Shown here: piece after piece, positions 9,007 through 16,879 of the stretch
Layout of the letters: each line of letters opens with the position of its first letter
Position numbering within the stretch: position 1 is the stretch's first letter
Origin: a virus
Taxonomy: Duplodnaviria; Caudoviricetes
IMG/VR virus record: IMGVR_UViG_3300014775_000693
Location: 1-24,108 of that record
Length of the DNA: 24,108 nucleotides
Reading direction: 5' to 3' (one strand)
Translations under genes and position numbers: made by a program
Notes under the pieces: generated by a model
Seen by the model: only the letters and a program-made list of their open reading frames with translations
Databases searched by the model: none
Told to the model about the DNA's origin: nothing

Positions 9007-10209
9007 CTATTGCCTTTGGAAGAACTTGATAAGACGTTTCTCCATCTGCTCAAAAAAGATTGCATCTGATCTGAAATTAGCAATTATTCTAATAGATCCA
9101 TTTCTAGTCTTAGTAAGAGATAACCCAGACTTCATAAATGCTTCCATACTGAGATCTCCATTAGCATCCATATACTTTTCTTGTGGATCTAAAGACAGAA
9201 AAAGATCACTACATCTATATGATGTAATATACTTTCTATCTAATAAATTTTCCGCAACCATTTTGAGGCAGAACTCAATGTGAGATGTGAGAGAAAACAG
9301 ATCTTCTCTTTGGATAATCTCTACGACTTTACTCATCGCTTTGATTCCTGTCATAGTTGGTTGCCAAGTATGACCAAACTCCCAATCTTTATTCCTAATT
9401 ACATCGCCAACTTTTTTATTAGCGACAGAACATCCTAAAGGAGTATATCCAGCAGTTAATGATTTACCCAATGCAGCGATGTCTGGTTGCACACCATACT
9501 TTTGCCATCCGTGCCAATGACCAGACTTACCCCAACAGCAAGCAACATCATCAACAATTAACAATACGTTTTCTTCATCACAGAGATGTCTAACCATCTT
9601 CCACCAGGATGGTGACCAGGGTATACCACCTTTCAACCAAGGTAGAGTTTCCATCACAACACAACCTACCTTACCCCTATATGTCTTGAGTAAGAGTTGC
9701 AAATATTTAAACGACTTTCTTTCTGCAGAAATCTGATCTTCCTTTTTCTTCCACAGAGGTGTCGGTACCTTTTTAATTCTCTTCACATAGTTATCATCGT
9801 CACCCATGGCACGACATAAAAATGTTGTACCGTGAAAACTGGGTGTGAATGTAACGATGTAATTTTCTGGATTTCCCCAGTATTGATCGTTCATCTTGAT
9901 TGCAGATTCTACTGCAGATGAACCAGAGATTGCCCAGGACAATACGTCCCAGTTACCAGTCTCGCATACATGCTTGACCATTTCCTGTGCTAACTCACAG
10001 GTCTCTCCTCGGTTTCCTCTAACAAAATTGACATCGGAATTCAGGGAGTTCAATACTTCTTGATTTCCATACCCTAAAATATAAGCGGAGTTTCCAGATT
10101 GCACATCGAGTAAACGTGTGCCATCTGAATACTCCACCCAATATCCATCTGTTTTTGTTACAATCTTATCTAGATCACCGTTTGTCCATGCTCTAAGTTC
10201 TGTTGGCAT
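9007..10209 (-). CDS. Class III PLP-dependent aminotransferase (BioA/ArgD/GabT-like fold)
   Basis: Motifs DG..LLD..SG.....LGY, SGSSAVE.A.K, SFHG.T and LLIVDDVACCWGKSG...PDI..LGKSLT.GY.PLG with the PLP lysine. Start reassigned to ATG 10209 (MPTELRAW, 400 aa) because the track start at 10305 overlaps the upstream gene by 113 nt. Confidence 0.88.
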   Translation of the reverse strand: MPTELRAWTNGDLDKIVTKTDGYWVEYSDGTRLLDVQSGNSAYILGYGNQEVLNSLNSDVNFVRGNRGETCELAQEMVKHVCETGNWDVLSWAISGSSAVESAIKMNDQYWGNPENYIVTFTPSFHGTTFLCRAMGDDDNYVKRIKKVPTPLWKKKEDQISAERKSFKYLQLLLKTYRGKVGCVVMETLPWLKGGIPWSPSWWKMVRHLCDEENVLLIVDDVACCWGKSGHWHGWQKYGVQPDIAALGKSLTAGYTPLGCSVANKKVGDVIRNKDWEFGHTWQPTMTGIKAMSKVVEIIQREDLFSLTSHIEFCLKMVAENLLDRKYITSYRCSDLFLSLDPQEKYMDANGDLSMEAFMKSGLSLTKTRNGSIRIIANFRSDAIFFEQMEKRLIKFFQRQ

Positions 10210-10522
10210 CAGCAGGGTTTGGCAAGTATTTACGAATGTCGGGAGTTTTAGCCATTCTTTCGACTGGTTTAGTAAACTTGAGATCGTGCTTGTCATCGAA
10301 AACAAACTTTGTTCTCAAATGAGTTTTATCCCGCTCAACAATTAAATGGTAGTGATGACCATAAATGTTTTTGGTAAATCCAATCGCAACAATTGGTCTA
10401 CCTTGATATTCATCACCCGTCTTGTAGGGGCACGTCTCTGCAGTTCCATCAAATGGAACTGCTATCTGTGTAGAATTGACGTGCTCCTGCTGACGCAGTT
10501 CACTCGACTTCTTTATCGCCAT
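10193..10522 (-). CDS. Hypothetical protein (109 aa)
   Basis: ATG start, fills the gap between neighbours, overlapping them by 23 nt and 17 nt. No family recognised. Confidence 0.72.
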   Translation of the reverse strand: MAIKKSSELRQQEHVNSTQIAVPFDGTAETCPYKTGDEYQGRPIVAIGFTKNIYGHHYHLIVERDKTHLRTKFVFDDKHDLKFTKPVERMAKTPDIRKYLPNPADANRT

Positions 10523-10685
10523 CTTCTGCTGCCGCCTTGATTGTCATGTTCAGTGCTTCTACTGCACCCTCCAATCGAAGCACTTGCTCCTTTCTAGTCT
10601 TCAGGGCAGATTCCAATTCAACGATTGTTGCCTTCTGTTCTTTCAACTGATCGGTGAAGTCTTTCACCATGTCTTCTGTAGTCAT
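10500..10685 (-). CDS. Small coiled-coil protein (61 aa)
   Basis: Heptad pattern in QLKEQKATIVELESALKTRKEQVLRLEGAVEALN. Preceded by a late-promoter-like motif. Resembles small helical proteins near fibre genes in T4-like marine phages (recalled, not searched). Confidence 0.78.
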   Translation of the reverse strand: MTTEDMVKDFTDQLKEQKATIVELESALKTRKEQVLRLEGAVEALNMTIKAAAEDGDKEVE

Positions 10686-10706
10686 AGTTTTAAATAATAA
10701 CTGAGG

Positions 10707-10714
10707 TATTTATC
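10707..10714 (-). promoter_or_regulatory. Late promoter-like motif GATAAATA
   Basis: 7/8 match to TATAAATA, overlapping the oxygenase TAA stop, ~22 nt upstream of ATG 10685. Confidence 0.65.
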
Positions 10715-11369
10715 CCATCGCAATGGGAAGTTGTGGTGGTGGAGTTTCTTCGGGTTTGTATTGGTACCACCCTGTAATTATATATTTGGTTTCTTTAGGT
10801 GCAACTTCTGATTTGTGAAAATGCGTCCAACCTGCTGGCCAAATTAGCATTTTTCCTACCTCAGGTGCAATTCTGAGATCTTGATATTTGAAAAGAGTTC
10901 CACCCTTCTCTTCAATATCATTGAGATAAATCATCCACACAATTTGACGAAAGGAATTGCTATCCGAACTAGTTTCAGTATGCCAGGTAAAAAATCCTTT
11001 GCCTGGATCAAAACGTTGAAGGTTGAATCCACCTTCTAATGCAAGATCTGCGATGCCCTTCAAACCACAATCTTTCTGAGTATGCTCATCAATAAAACTA
11101 TATTTTTCAACATACTTTCTGAGATTTGCATCTACTTGCTTCATGATGATCATTAAATCATCTGCCCAATCCGTGTCCATAAAGGATGGATCAAACTGAA
11201 TCTCAGTATCATCCTTTACATTCGGATCAACGCCTTTGATATTTCTTTGCCCTTGCCCAACAACTCCCTTTGAGTGTTGTTGTGGATTTTTCTCAAATCT
11301 ATTAATAAGTCTTGCACAAAACTTTTTACTGAAGGCTTTAGGAACCTCCATGATAAAATTTTCAGACAT
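10710..11369 (-). CDS. 2OG-Fe(II) oxygenase (prolyl-4-hydroxylase-like, cyanophage type)
   Basis: 219 aa. FNLQRF.PG.GF..WHTE (H-x-E), R..VWMIYLND...GGT.F, G..LIWPA.WTH.H (distal His) and KYIITGW (2OG-binding Lys). Confidence 0.92.
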   Translation of the reverse strand: MSENFIMEVPKAFSKKFCARLINRFEKNPQQHSKGVVGQGQRNIKGVDPNVKDDTEIQFDPSFMDTDWADDLMIIMKQVDANLRKYVEKYSFIDEHTQKDCGLKGIADLALEGGFNLQRFDPGKGFFTWHTETSSDSNSFRQIVWMIYLNDIEEKGGTLFKYQDLRIAPEVGKMLIWPAGWTHFHKSEVAPKETKYIITGWYQYKPEETPPPQLPIAMG

Positions 11370-11388
11370 AACAAATTTCTTTTATAAT

Positions 11389-11397
11389 ATTATAGCA
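11389..11397 (-). promoter_or_regulatory. Sigma70-type extended -10 promoter (TGcTATAAT)
   Basis: Minus-strand TGCTATAAT in the 28-nt intergenic gap, ~20 nt upstream of the oxygenase ATG. No TTGACA-like -35 at 17-nt spacing. Confidence 0.6.
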
Positions 11398-12507
11398 CTA
11401 CTTCACCAAGAAATAATTTCTATCATTGTATCTATTGGTGAAACCAGTATCAGTGTGGTATGCTGTACCGAAAGCAGATCCTCCACCAGTCGTTCCGCTG
11501 AACTTAACATCTTTGGGGAAGATAAATGATGCTGGTAGTCCATTATTGATGTTTGGACTGCTAGCGCTGCCTGGACTATAGTCAAAACTACCACCACCAA
11601 ACAGTGATGCTTGATAGAAACCAGGTCTCCAGAACCAACATGCACCTCTTTCGTCAGAAGCATTTTCTGATGGTGTTGATCTAATAATGTTATTGGATGC
11701 GTCTCTAATCCAGTTTGCATGACCACCAATGTTGCCAGTGAAGTCACTACCATACCAGTTTGTTTGAGATCCCAATCCTTGAGCATCAATTTCCATAGCA
11801 GTGTGTGGAGTTTGAGGTGCCATCTCAGTACAAATAGATCTCAGTGCCGTAACTTGTGCCTGGGTGAATGCACTTTCAGTTGCATGATTGTAGTAACTAA
11901 TACTTAACCATCCAGTATTATATCCAGCACCACCCATATACCAACCTCTAGCGTCAGCATTGGAGACATTATTAATATAATTTTCAGTATATACTTCACC
12001 AATCCTTACAGAAGAGCCTCTATATGGCATGTTACCTGTTCTACTTGGTCTACCTGTAGAACTTTGTGTGTTATTATTGTTATTATAGCTGCCATTAGCA
12101 ACTGTTCCGTTAACTGAATCTGTGATCCAAGCAACCGAATCTGGCATGATAAAACTTGCCATATAATAAGGTCCACCAGAAACATCAAAGTTAACTGCAA
12201 TCTGGAATGGTGCTACCTGATTATTAAGAGTAGTATACAGTTTCTTGATACCAGATTGACCACCTGGAAGATCTGAGAGGTTTGCAAACGCTCTGTCCTC
12301 ACTTTCACCATCTGCCAAACCACCACCAATAACAACCCAACTGTTTCCATTCCATAACTCAACTTTGCCAGTATCCGAGTTGAGGATTAAGGTACCCTGG
12401 TCAACGCCACTTGGTCTAGATCCAGAGGCATATGCGGGAAGTTTAAAACCAGTTGAGGTCAGCTTTGCATTACCAGCCGCAAAAGTTGACGCATTAATTG
12501 TGGACAT
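11398..12507 (-). CDS. Tail-fibre-associated / adhesin-like structural protein
   Basis: 369 aa. N-terminal fibre motif LP.Y....RPS....G..I.N.DTGK.E.WNG..W, followed by a G/S/N/aromatic-rich globular region. Late-promoter-like motif upstream. Confidence 0.72.
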   Translation of the reverse strand: MSTINASTFAAGNAKLTSTGFKLPAYASGSRPSGVDQGTLILNSDTGKVELWNGNSWVVIGGGLADGESEDRAFANLSDLPGGQSGIKKLYTTLNNQVAPFQIAVNFDVSGGPYYMASFIMPDSVAWITDSVNGTVANGSYNNNNNTQSSTGRPSRTGNMPYRGSSVRIGEVYTENYINNVSNADARGWYMGGAGYNTGWLSISYYNHATESAFTQAQVTALRSICTEMAPQTPHTAMEIDAQGLGSQTNWYGSDFTGNIGGHANWIRDASNNIIRSTPSENASDERGACWFWRPGFYQASLFGGGSFDYSPGSASSPNINNGLPASFIFPKDVKFSGTTGGGSAFGTAYHTDTGFTNRYNDRNYFLVK

Positions 12508-12534
12508 GATGTCTACGTATACTCTTTCTTATAT

Positions 12535-14232
12535 CTATTTAGATAAAACTAGAACGTATAATCCGTTCCACCACATATTTTCATCTTCTTGATTGTTTAA
12601 TAACTCTCTTTCATACAAGAGTTTCCAACTTTTTGAATCTACAAAGTCTTTAGTGGTTTTTACTACTTGTTCTACGTTGGCATCATCTACGATCAAAGTA
12701 AAAACATCATCAGTGAATAATTCCATCCTCTCATAAAATCTCCACATTGCGCTTGGATCATTGTCGCCATCATAAAAGATAACGTTAACTTTGTGTTCAA
12801 AGTTTGATTGATCTAAAGATTCAGCATCTCCATTAAGAATGCTAATGTCAAAATTTAAATTAGAAGAAACTCTTTCTACATTAGATACGAAGGTGTCCAT
12901 ATCACCTGTTACTTCAATTTGTAAATCTTCTCTTGCTGGTTGTAGATTTGGTTCGGACCAGTTGTCATTTGCATATGCTGCAACCATGTCATTATTTTCA
13001 ATTGCTGCACAGAAAGTAGATCCTGCAAACACACCAACCTCAAGATATACTGCACCCTCCTGTGAGCATATATTATTGAGGAAGTGTCTAACTCTAGGAG
13101 AAGTTAATCCAGGAACTGGTGCAGATGTATGATTAGAAAGATACTTGCCAGAGTTCTCAAAGGCATCGATGCAAGTTTCTACATGTGGATGTACATGTAG
13201 ATCTGTTTTCTTCATGTGAGAATCTACGACTGCTTCACAGTAGTTACAATCCCAACAATCGAATTTGCAAGTTTTAATTTTTTCTCTCCACATATTGATG
13301 GGAGATTCTTTCATCTGGAGTTCTGCCTGATATTTCTTATATTCAGGGAACATGTATTCTTCATTATTTGCCCATCTTTCGATAAGGTCCATACTTTCCT
13401 GTAAACGCATGGCACTTTCTCTACCATGCATCTTGAATACATCAATACCAAGATCTAACATCTCTTCCCAATCTCTTTTCCATGGAGGAAGATTTGCTTG
13501 CTTCAAATCATATTCTGGATGCTGTACATCCCACGTAGAACATGACACCCTACTGATAGCACTGGCAAAGAAAATTGGATCATCTCCAGTTCTGGTGCTG
13601 TTGTAATGATAATGCTCAGGCATGATAGGACAACCACCCCAACATGTTTCATTAACCAACATGGAGAGTTTTACTGGTTTGCCAATACGCTCACAATATT
13701 CTTTGGCTCTCTTAATTTCTTTTAGTTGTTGTTGATCCCTCATCAAATCTCTATCGAGATTGACGTAATGAAATCCTGCCTTTGCCAGAGCAACTACTTC
13801 ATTCGCTCTAGTTACTTCACGCAGAATAGTGTTCTTAATAAAAAGTTCTGGATATTCTTTTTGAATCTGACCCGTAGAAACCCATGTAGTATGAGGTAGA
13901 GTTACAACTCTTACACCAGCGTCATAGTACGGCTTAAAACTTTTAATCCAGGTATCTAAATTATTTTGATCGGGTCTTACATATAAATTATTAAAAGTTG
14001 CCGACAAAGGAATATCTGATTGCGCTGAAATATACAACGCAGAAGTTCCTACGATCTCATCTATCTGAAAACAATCCCCCATTGCATCTTGCATGAATGG
14101 GGGGATGCGACATGTAAAATAGAGATCAAATATATAATCTCTATATTTTTTTAGGAAAGGTAGAAAAGTCTCTTCGACAAACTCTTCACTGAGTTTTGGA
14201 TTGATTGGAAGACTGAATACTCTTGTGTCCAT
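12535..14232 (-). CDS. Fusion of an N-terminal U32-peptidase-like (putative Fe-S) domain and a C-terminal class I SAM-dependent methyltransferase
   Basis: 565 aa. N-terminal part has VNLDRDL.R, LVNETCWGGCP...EH, SC..W, G.DVFKMHGR and CKFDCWDCNYC. C-terminal part has YLEVGVFAGST, IFYDGD and LIVDD (Methyltransf_24-like). The methyltransferase call is firmer than the U32 call. Confidence 0.75.
   Translation of the reverse strand: MDTRVFSLPINPKLSEEFVEETFLPFLKKYRDYIFDLYFTCRIPPFMQDAMGDCFQIDEIVGTSALYISAQSDIPLSATFNNLYVRPDQNNLDTWIKSFKPYYDAGVRVVTLPHTTWVSTGQIQKEYPELFIKNTILREVTRANEVVALAKAGFHYVNLDRDLMRDQQQLKEIKRAKEYCERIGKPVKLSMLVNETCWGGCPIMPEHYHYNSTRTGDDPIFFASAISRVSCSTWDVQHPEYDLKQANLPPWKRDWEEMLDLGIDVFKMHGRESAMRLQESMDLIERWANNEEYMFPEYKKYQAELQMKESPINMWREKIKTCKFDCWDCNYCEAVVDSHMKKTDLHVHPHVETCIDAFENSGKYLSNHTSAPVPGLTSPRVRHFLNNICSQEGAVYLEVGVFAGSTFCAAIENNDMVAAYANDNWSEPNLQPAREDLQIEVTGDMDTFVSNVERVSSNLNFDISILNGDAESLDQSNFEHKVNVIFYDGDNDPSAMWRFYERMELFTDDVFTLIVDDANVEQVVKTTKDFVDSKSWKLLYERELLNNQEDENMWWNGLYVLVLSK
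12536..12543 (-). promoter_or_regulatory. Late promoter-like motif TCTAAATA
   Basis: 7/8 match to TATAAATA formed by the last codons and stop (TCT AAA TAG) of the U32-methyltransferase gene, ~29 nt upstream of ATG 12507. Confidence 0.55.
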
Positions 14233-14953
14233 TATTAGATCCTTTCAATTTATCAAATAGTTGAATATTGAGACTGTCCTCAATATTATCAAATGTTGGA
14301 ATGCGAGGAGCAGATCCATTCATCATCATCTTATCTAATTCTGGTTGAATTTGACTTTGAATTTTACCAATACCAGCATTCAAAAGACCAGAGTATTGCA
14401 TCGCAACATTCAAAGTTGCAAATTGATCCTCTTCTCGCATCATAGCGATTGAATCTAGATTACCAATACCAATGCGTCCAGTGCAGTAGACATCCATTGC
14501 TGCTTGTTTACCCATACGAGCAACCCAATACTTTCGCTCATCTTCTTCGTTTACTTTTGCACCCTCTTCAATTTCTTCGAGAGAAGAATAGTTTTGGTTA
14601 ATCCAATCCATGAACGCTTGAAGTTCATTGTCATATTGAGCGATTGTAACTTTAAACTTACCAAAGTCTAATTTACCATCCTCAATATCGACTTGAATCA
14701 TACGACGATCAAACTCATTTTCTGTAACTTCGAGTTGAGCTTCCAATCTTTCGATTTCAATTTTCTTACGCTCGATGTCGAAGAGAACTTTCTTCCTATC
14801 GTGATTTCTTCTTTCTACTTCAACCAGAACTTGGCGAAGTTTTCTATTTTTAGTAACGTGAGAATTGACTACGAAATTTTTAATTTGTTCGTGGGTCATT
14901 CCATATTCCATTGAGCCCTCTACGAGAGCTTCAATTTCATCAGATGTAATCAT
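14186..14953 (-). CDS. Hypothetical coiled-coil protein (255 aa)
   Basis: Long charged helical region (RKLRQVLVEVERR...IERKKIEIERLEAQLE), then EEDERKYWVARMGKQAAMD....GRI..GN. Overlaps the downstream start by 47 nt. Confidence 0.85.
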   Translation of the reverse strand: MITSDEIEALVEGSMEYGMTHEQIKNFVVNSHVTKNRKLRQVLVEVERRNHDRKKVLFDIERKKIEIERLEAQLEVTENEFDRRMIQVDIEDGKLDFGKFKVTIAQYDNELQAFMDWINQNYSSLEEIEEGAKVNEEDERKYWVARMGKQAAMDVYCTGRIGIGNLDSIAMMREEDQFATLNVAMQYSGLLNAGIGKIQSQIQPELDKMMMNGSAPRIPTFDNIEDSLNIQLFDKLKGSNNGHKSIQSSNQSKTQ

Positions 14954-14961
14954 AACTTTAT

Positions 14962-15708
14962 TTAAAATTGCAATCCAGGAGTGGTGTAAGTTGCAGTGTA
15001 CTCATCTTCAAGAACTTCACCTCTTTCAATTTGTTGAGAAGATGGTAATGGAATGCCCATATAATCTCTCCACAAAACGTTGAGATCCTTGATTGTAGAT
15101 GCTTCTTTAAATTTTTGTTTAAGGTCTAGCATCTCCTTATAAAGTGCTGAAACCTTTTCGTTAAACTTAGTATGACCAGCGAGAACGCTTTCTGCAACTT
15201 CGGCAACAGAAATATTCTTTGCTGCTGCAATACTATTTAGGATGGGTGTATCACCTTCTAAATTGTTTGCTTCTCTGACTTGAGTTGCCCAAAGATACTG
15301 CTCAAGTTTAGATTCTTCAGCCTTGAGTGTGAGGAATTTGCGATCAAACTGATCTTCAATTACCAATTTAGCAGCAATCTTCATAAAAGAAATTGCTGCG
15401 TCGATGCGCTCTTTCGGTAATTTAATTTTTACCTTAGGTCCACCTTGAGAAAGTGCATACTCTTCATCTTCACTGAGAGGATCTTCATCAGTTACCTTTA
15501 CTTCTGCGCGAACTTCACCAAAGTGCTTTACTCCCCATCTACCAACGTCTTCAGAAATTTCTTCATAAGACTTGGTAAGATACACGAGATCTCTTTCCCA
15601 TTGCGATTCAATGGAAAAAACTGTAAGTCCATACATGTTCCACGACAAATCTACGGACGTGAGTTTGTCAATGTATGGACAATTCCTTGCTACGTAATAC
15701 TTCCTCAT
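14962..15708 (-). CDS. Putative tail-fibre assembly/chaperone protein
   Basis: Start reassigned to ATG 15708 (MRKYYVAR, 248 aa), 1 nt after the upstream TAA. The C-terminal E...W..Q..EA......TPIL..IA.A..ISVAE.A..VL...L...KEA.T..DL pattern resembles phage fibre-assembly (DUF4376-like) proteins. Confidence 0.62.
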   Translation of the reverse strand: MRKYYVARNCPYIDKLTSVDLSWNMYGLTVFSIESQWERDLVYLTKSYEEISEDVGRWGVKHFGEVRAEVKVTDEDPLSEDEEYALSQGGPKVKIKLPKERIDAAISFMKIAAKLVIEDQFDRKFLTLKAEESKLEQYLWATQVREANNLEGDTPILNSIAAAKNISVAEVAESVLAGHTKFNEKVSALYKEMLDLKQKFKEASTIKDLNVLWRDYMGIPLPSSQQIERGEVLEDEYTATYTTPGLQF

Positions 15709-15709
15709 T

Positions 15710-16876
15710 TTACATTCCCGTGTAACCGTACTGAAGAGTTCCACATTCTATAGCAGCAGCAGATGCTCTACCGCTAGTTCCCAAACTATCCATCCTAGAA
15801 TCTCTTTGGAATGAATGACTTGCGTATGTGAACAAGTAACCATTGTTGTTCTGGTTTCCATCATACATTCCAGTAATGAAACCATATTCATTACCAGTGT
15901 GCATTGATTCCTCACCAGTTGTGATGCCATTCTTAGAGACACTTGCTCTGCGACCACCATTGTAAGAATCTCTTACATGCCAGTCAGAGGAAGTACGATA
16001 ACCGCCGCCAGTGTTCCAATATGCAAAACCATTTCTACTAGAAAGTGTTTTGTTCGTACCGTCAGTTCCTGGACTATCTGTCCAAGCGTAGAATGTTTCG
16101 GTGGAGAAATTAAAAGCTCTTGCGCCACCACCTCTAATCCAACCTACTGTAGCACCTTGACCACCTGCAGGGTTGTTCTGCGTACCATCTGGGTGTCCAG
16201 GTCCAGCAGCACTACTCTCATTCGACAAGTTGTACTTAACCAGATTGCTAGAGTTACCACCGCCATGAACATATGCATAGAGGAAATCTCTACACATAGA
16301 TGTAGCACGGTTTCTAGTATAGGTCATACTAGTAGCAGCACCAGCAGAACTATCGGTATTCATGTTAATTTTGGAAACCTGGTTAGTCGTAGCATCCCAG
16401 GAGTTACCTGTTGCAAAGATATAACCAGTCATGGCAGTATTTGGTTTGCCATCGATATATGCACCTGACCAGTTGGAAAGGTCACCCAGATTGGTCTGAG
16501 TGAATGTAGAGTGCACTAAGCGATTTACATTTCTCCAAGAACTAGAACTTCTATATCCACAGCAAGTATATCCTTTAGTAATGTTAAAACCTGCTTTATA
16601 TTTTGCTTGAGAGAAACCTTCAGCAGTTCCTTCTCCACCTAAATCCCAATATGCATTACCACTAGTACCGCCAGATCTAAGAACTGCACCGATATTAGTT
16701 GCATCTTGGGTAGGTAGAGTTACAAATGGTTGACCATTTTGCAGTAAAGTTCCACTGAAATCAATATTTCCAGTAACATTTACATTACCACTAAAAGATG
16801 CACCACCAGTCGGGAAAGACACTGCCCCCGACTGTGCTAAGTTAGTTACTTCATCAACTTTAATTCTTGATGCCAT
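15710..16876 (-). CDS. Fibre-associated protein with a kelch-like beta-propeller
   Basis: 388 aa. N-terminal MASRIKVDEV and fibre-like linker, then ~6 repeats spaced ~40-50 aa apart (KGYTCCGY, TGYIFATG, YAYVHGGG, VGWIRGGG, FAYWNTGGG, YGFITGMY), ending in RASAAAI. Confidence 0.75.
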   Translation of the reverse strand: MASRIKVDEVTNLAQSGAVSFPTGGASFSGNVNVTGNIDFSGTLLQNGQPFVTLPTQDATNIGAVLRSGGTSGNAYWDLGGEGTAEGFSQAKYKAGFNITKGYTCCGYRSSSSWRNVNRLVHSTFTQTNLGDLSNWSGAYIDGKPNTAMTGYIFATGNSWDATTNQVSKINMNTDSSAGAATSMTYTRNRATSMCRDFLYAYVHGGGNSSNLVKYNLSNESSAAGPGHPDGTQNNPAGGQGATVGWIRGGGARAFNFSTETFYAWTDSPGTDGTNKTLSSRNGFAYWNTGGGYRTSSDWHVRDSYNGGRRASVSKNGITTGEESMHTGNEYGFITGMYDGNQNNNGYLFTYASHSFQRDSRMDSLGTSGRASAAAIECGTLQYGYTGM

Positions 16877-16879
16877 ATC

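Noticed and set aside
10210-10305. N-terminal 32-aa extension of the aminotransferase in the ORF track
   Set aside because: Non-ATG start deep inside the upstream gene. ATG 10209 gives a normal-length enzyme with a short overlap.
13235-13272. CKFDCWDC matches the radical SAM CxxxCxxC motif
   Set aside because: It extends to a fourth Cys (C-x3-C-x2-C-x2-C) and lies at the end of the N-terminal domain, not near the start of a radical SAM barrel. The upstream motifs fit a U32-like domain better.
15709-15744. Track start at 15744 for the assembly-like gene
   Set aside because: GTG start overlapping the upstream gene. ATG 15708 lies 1 nt after the upstream stop.
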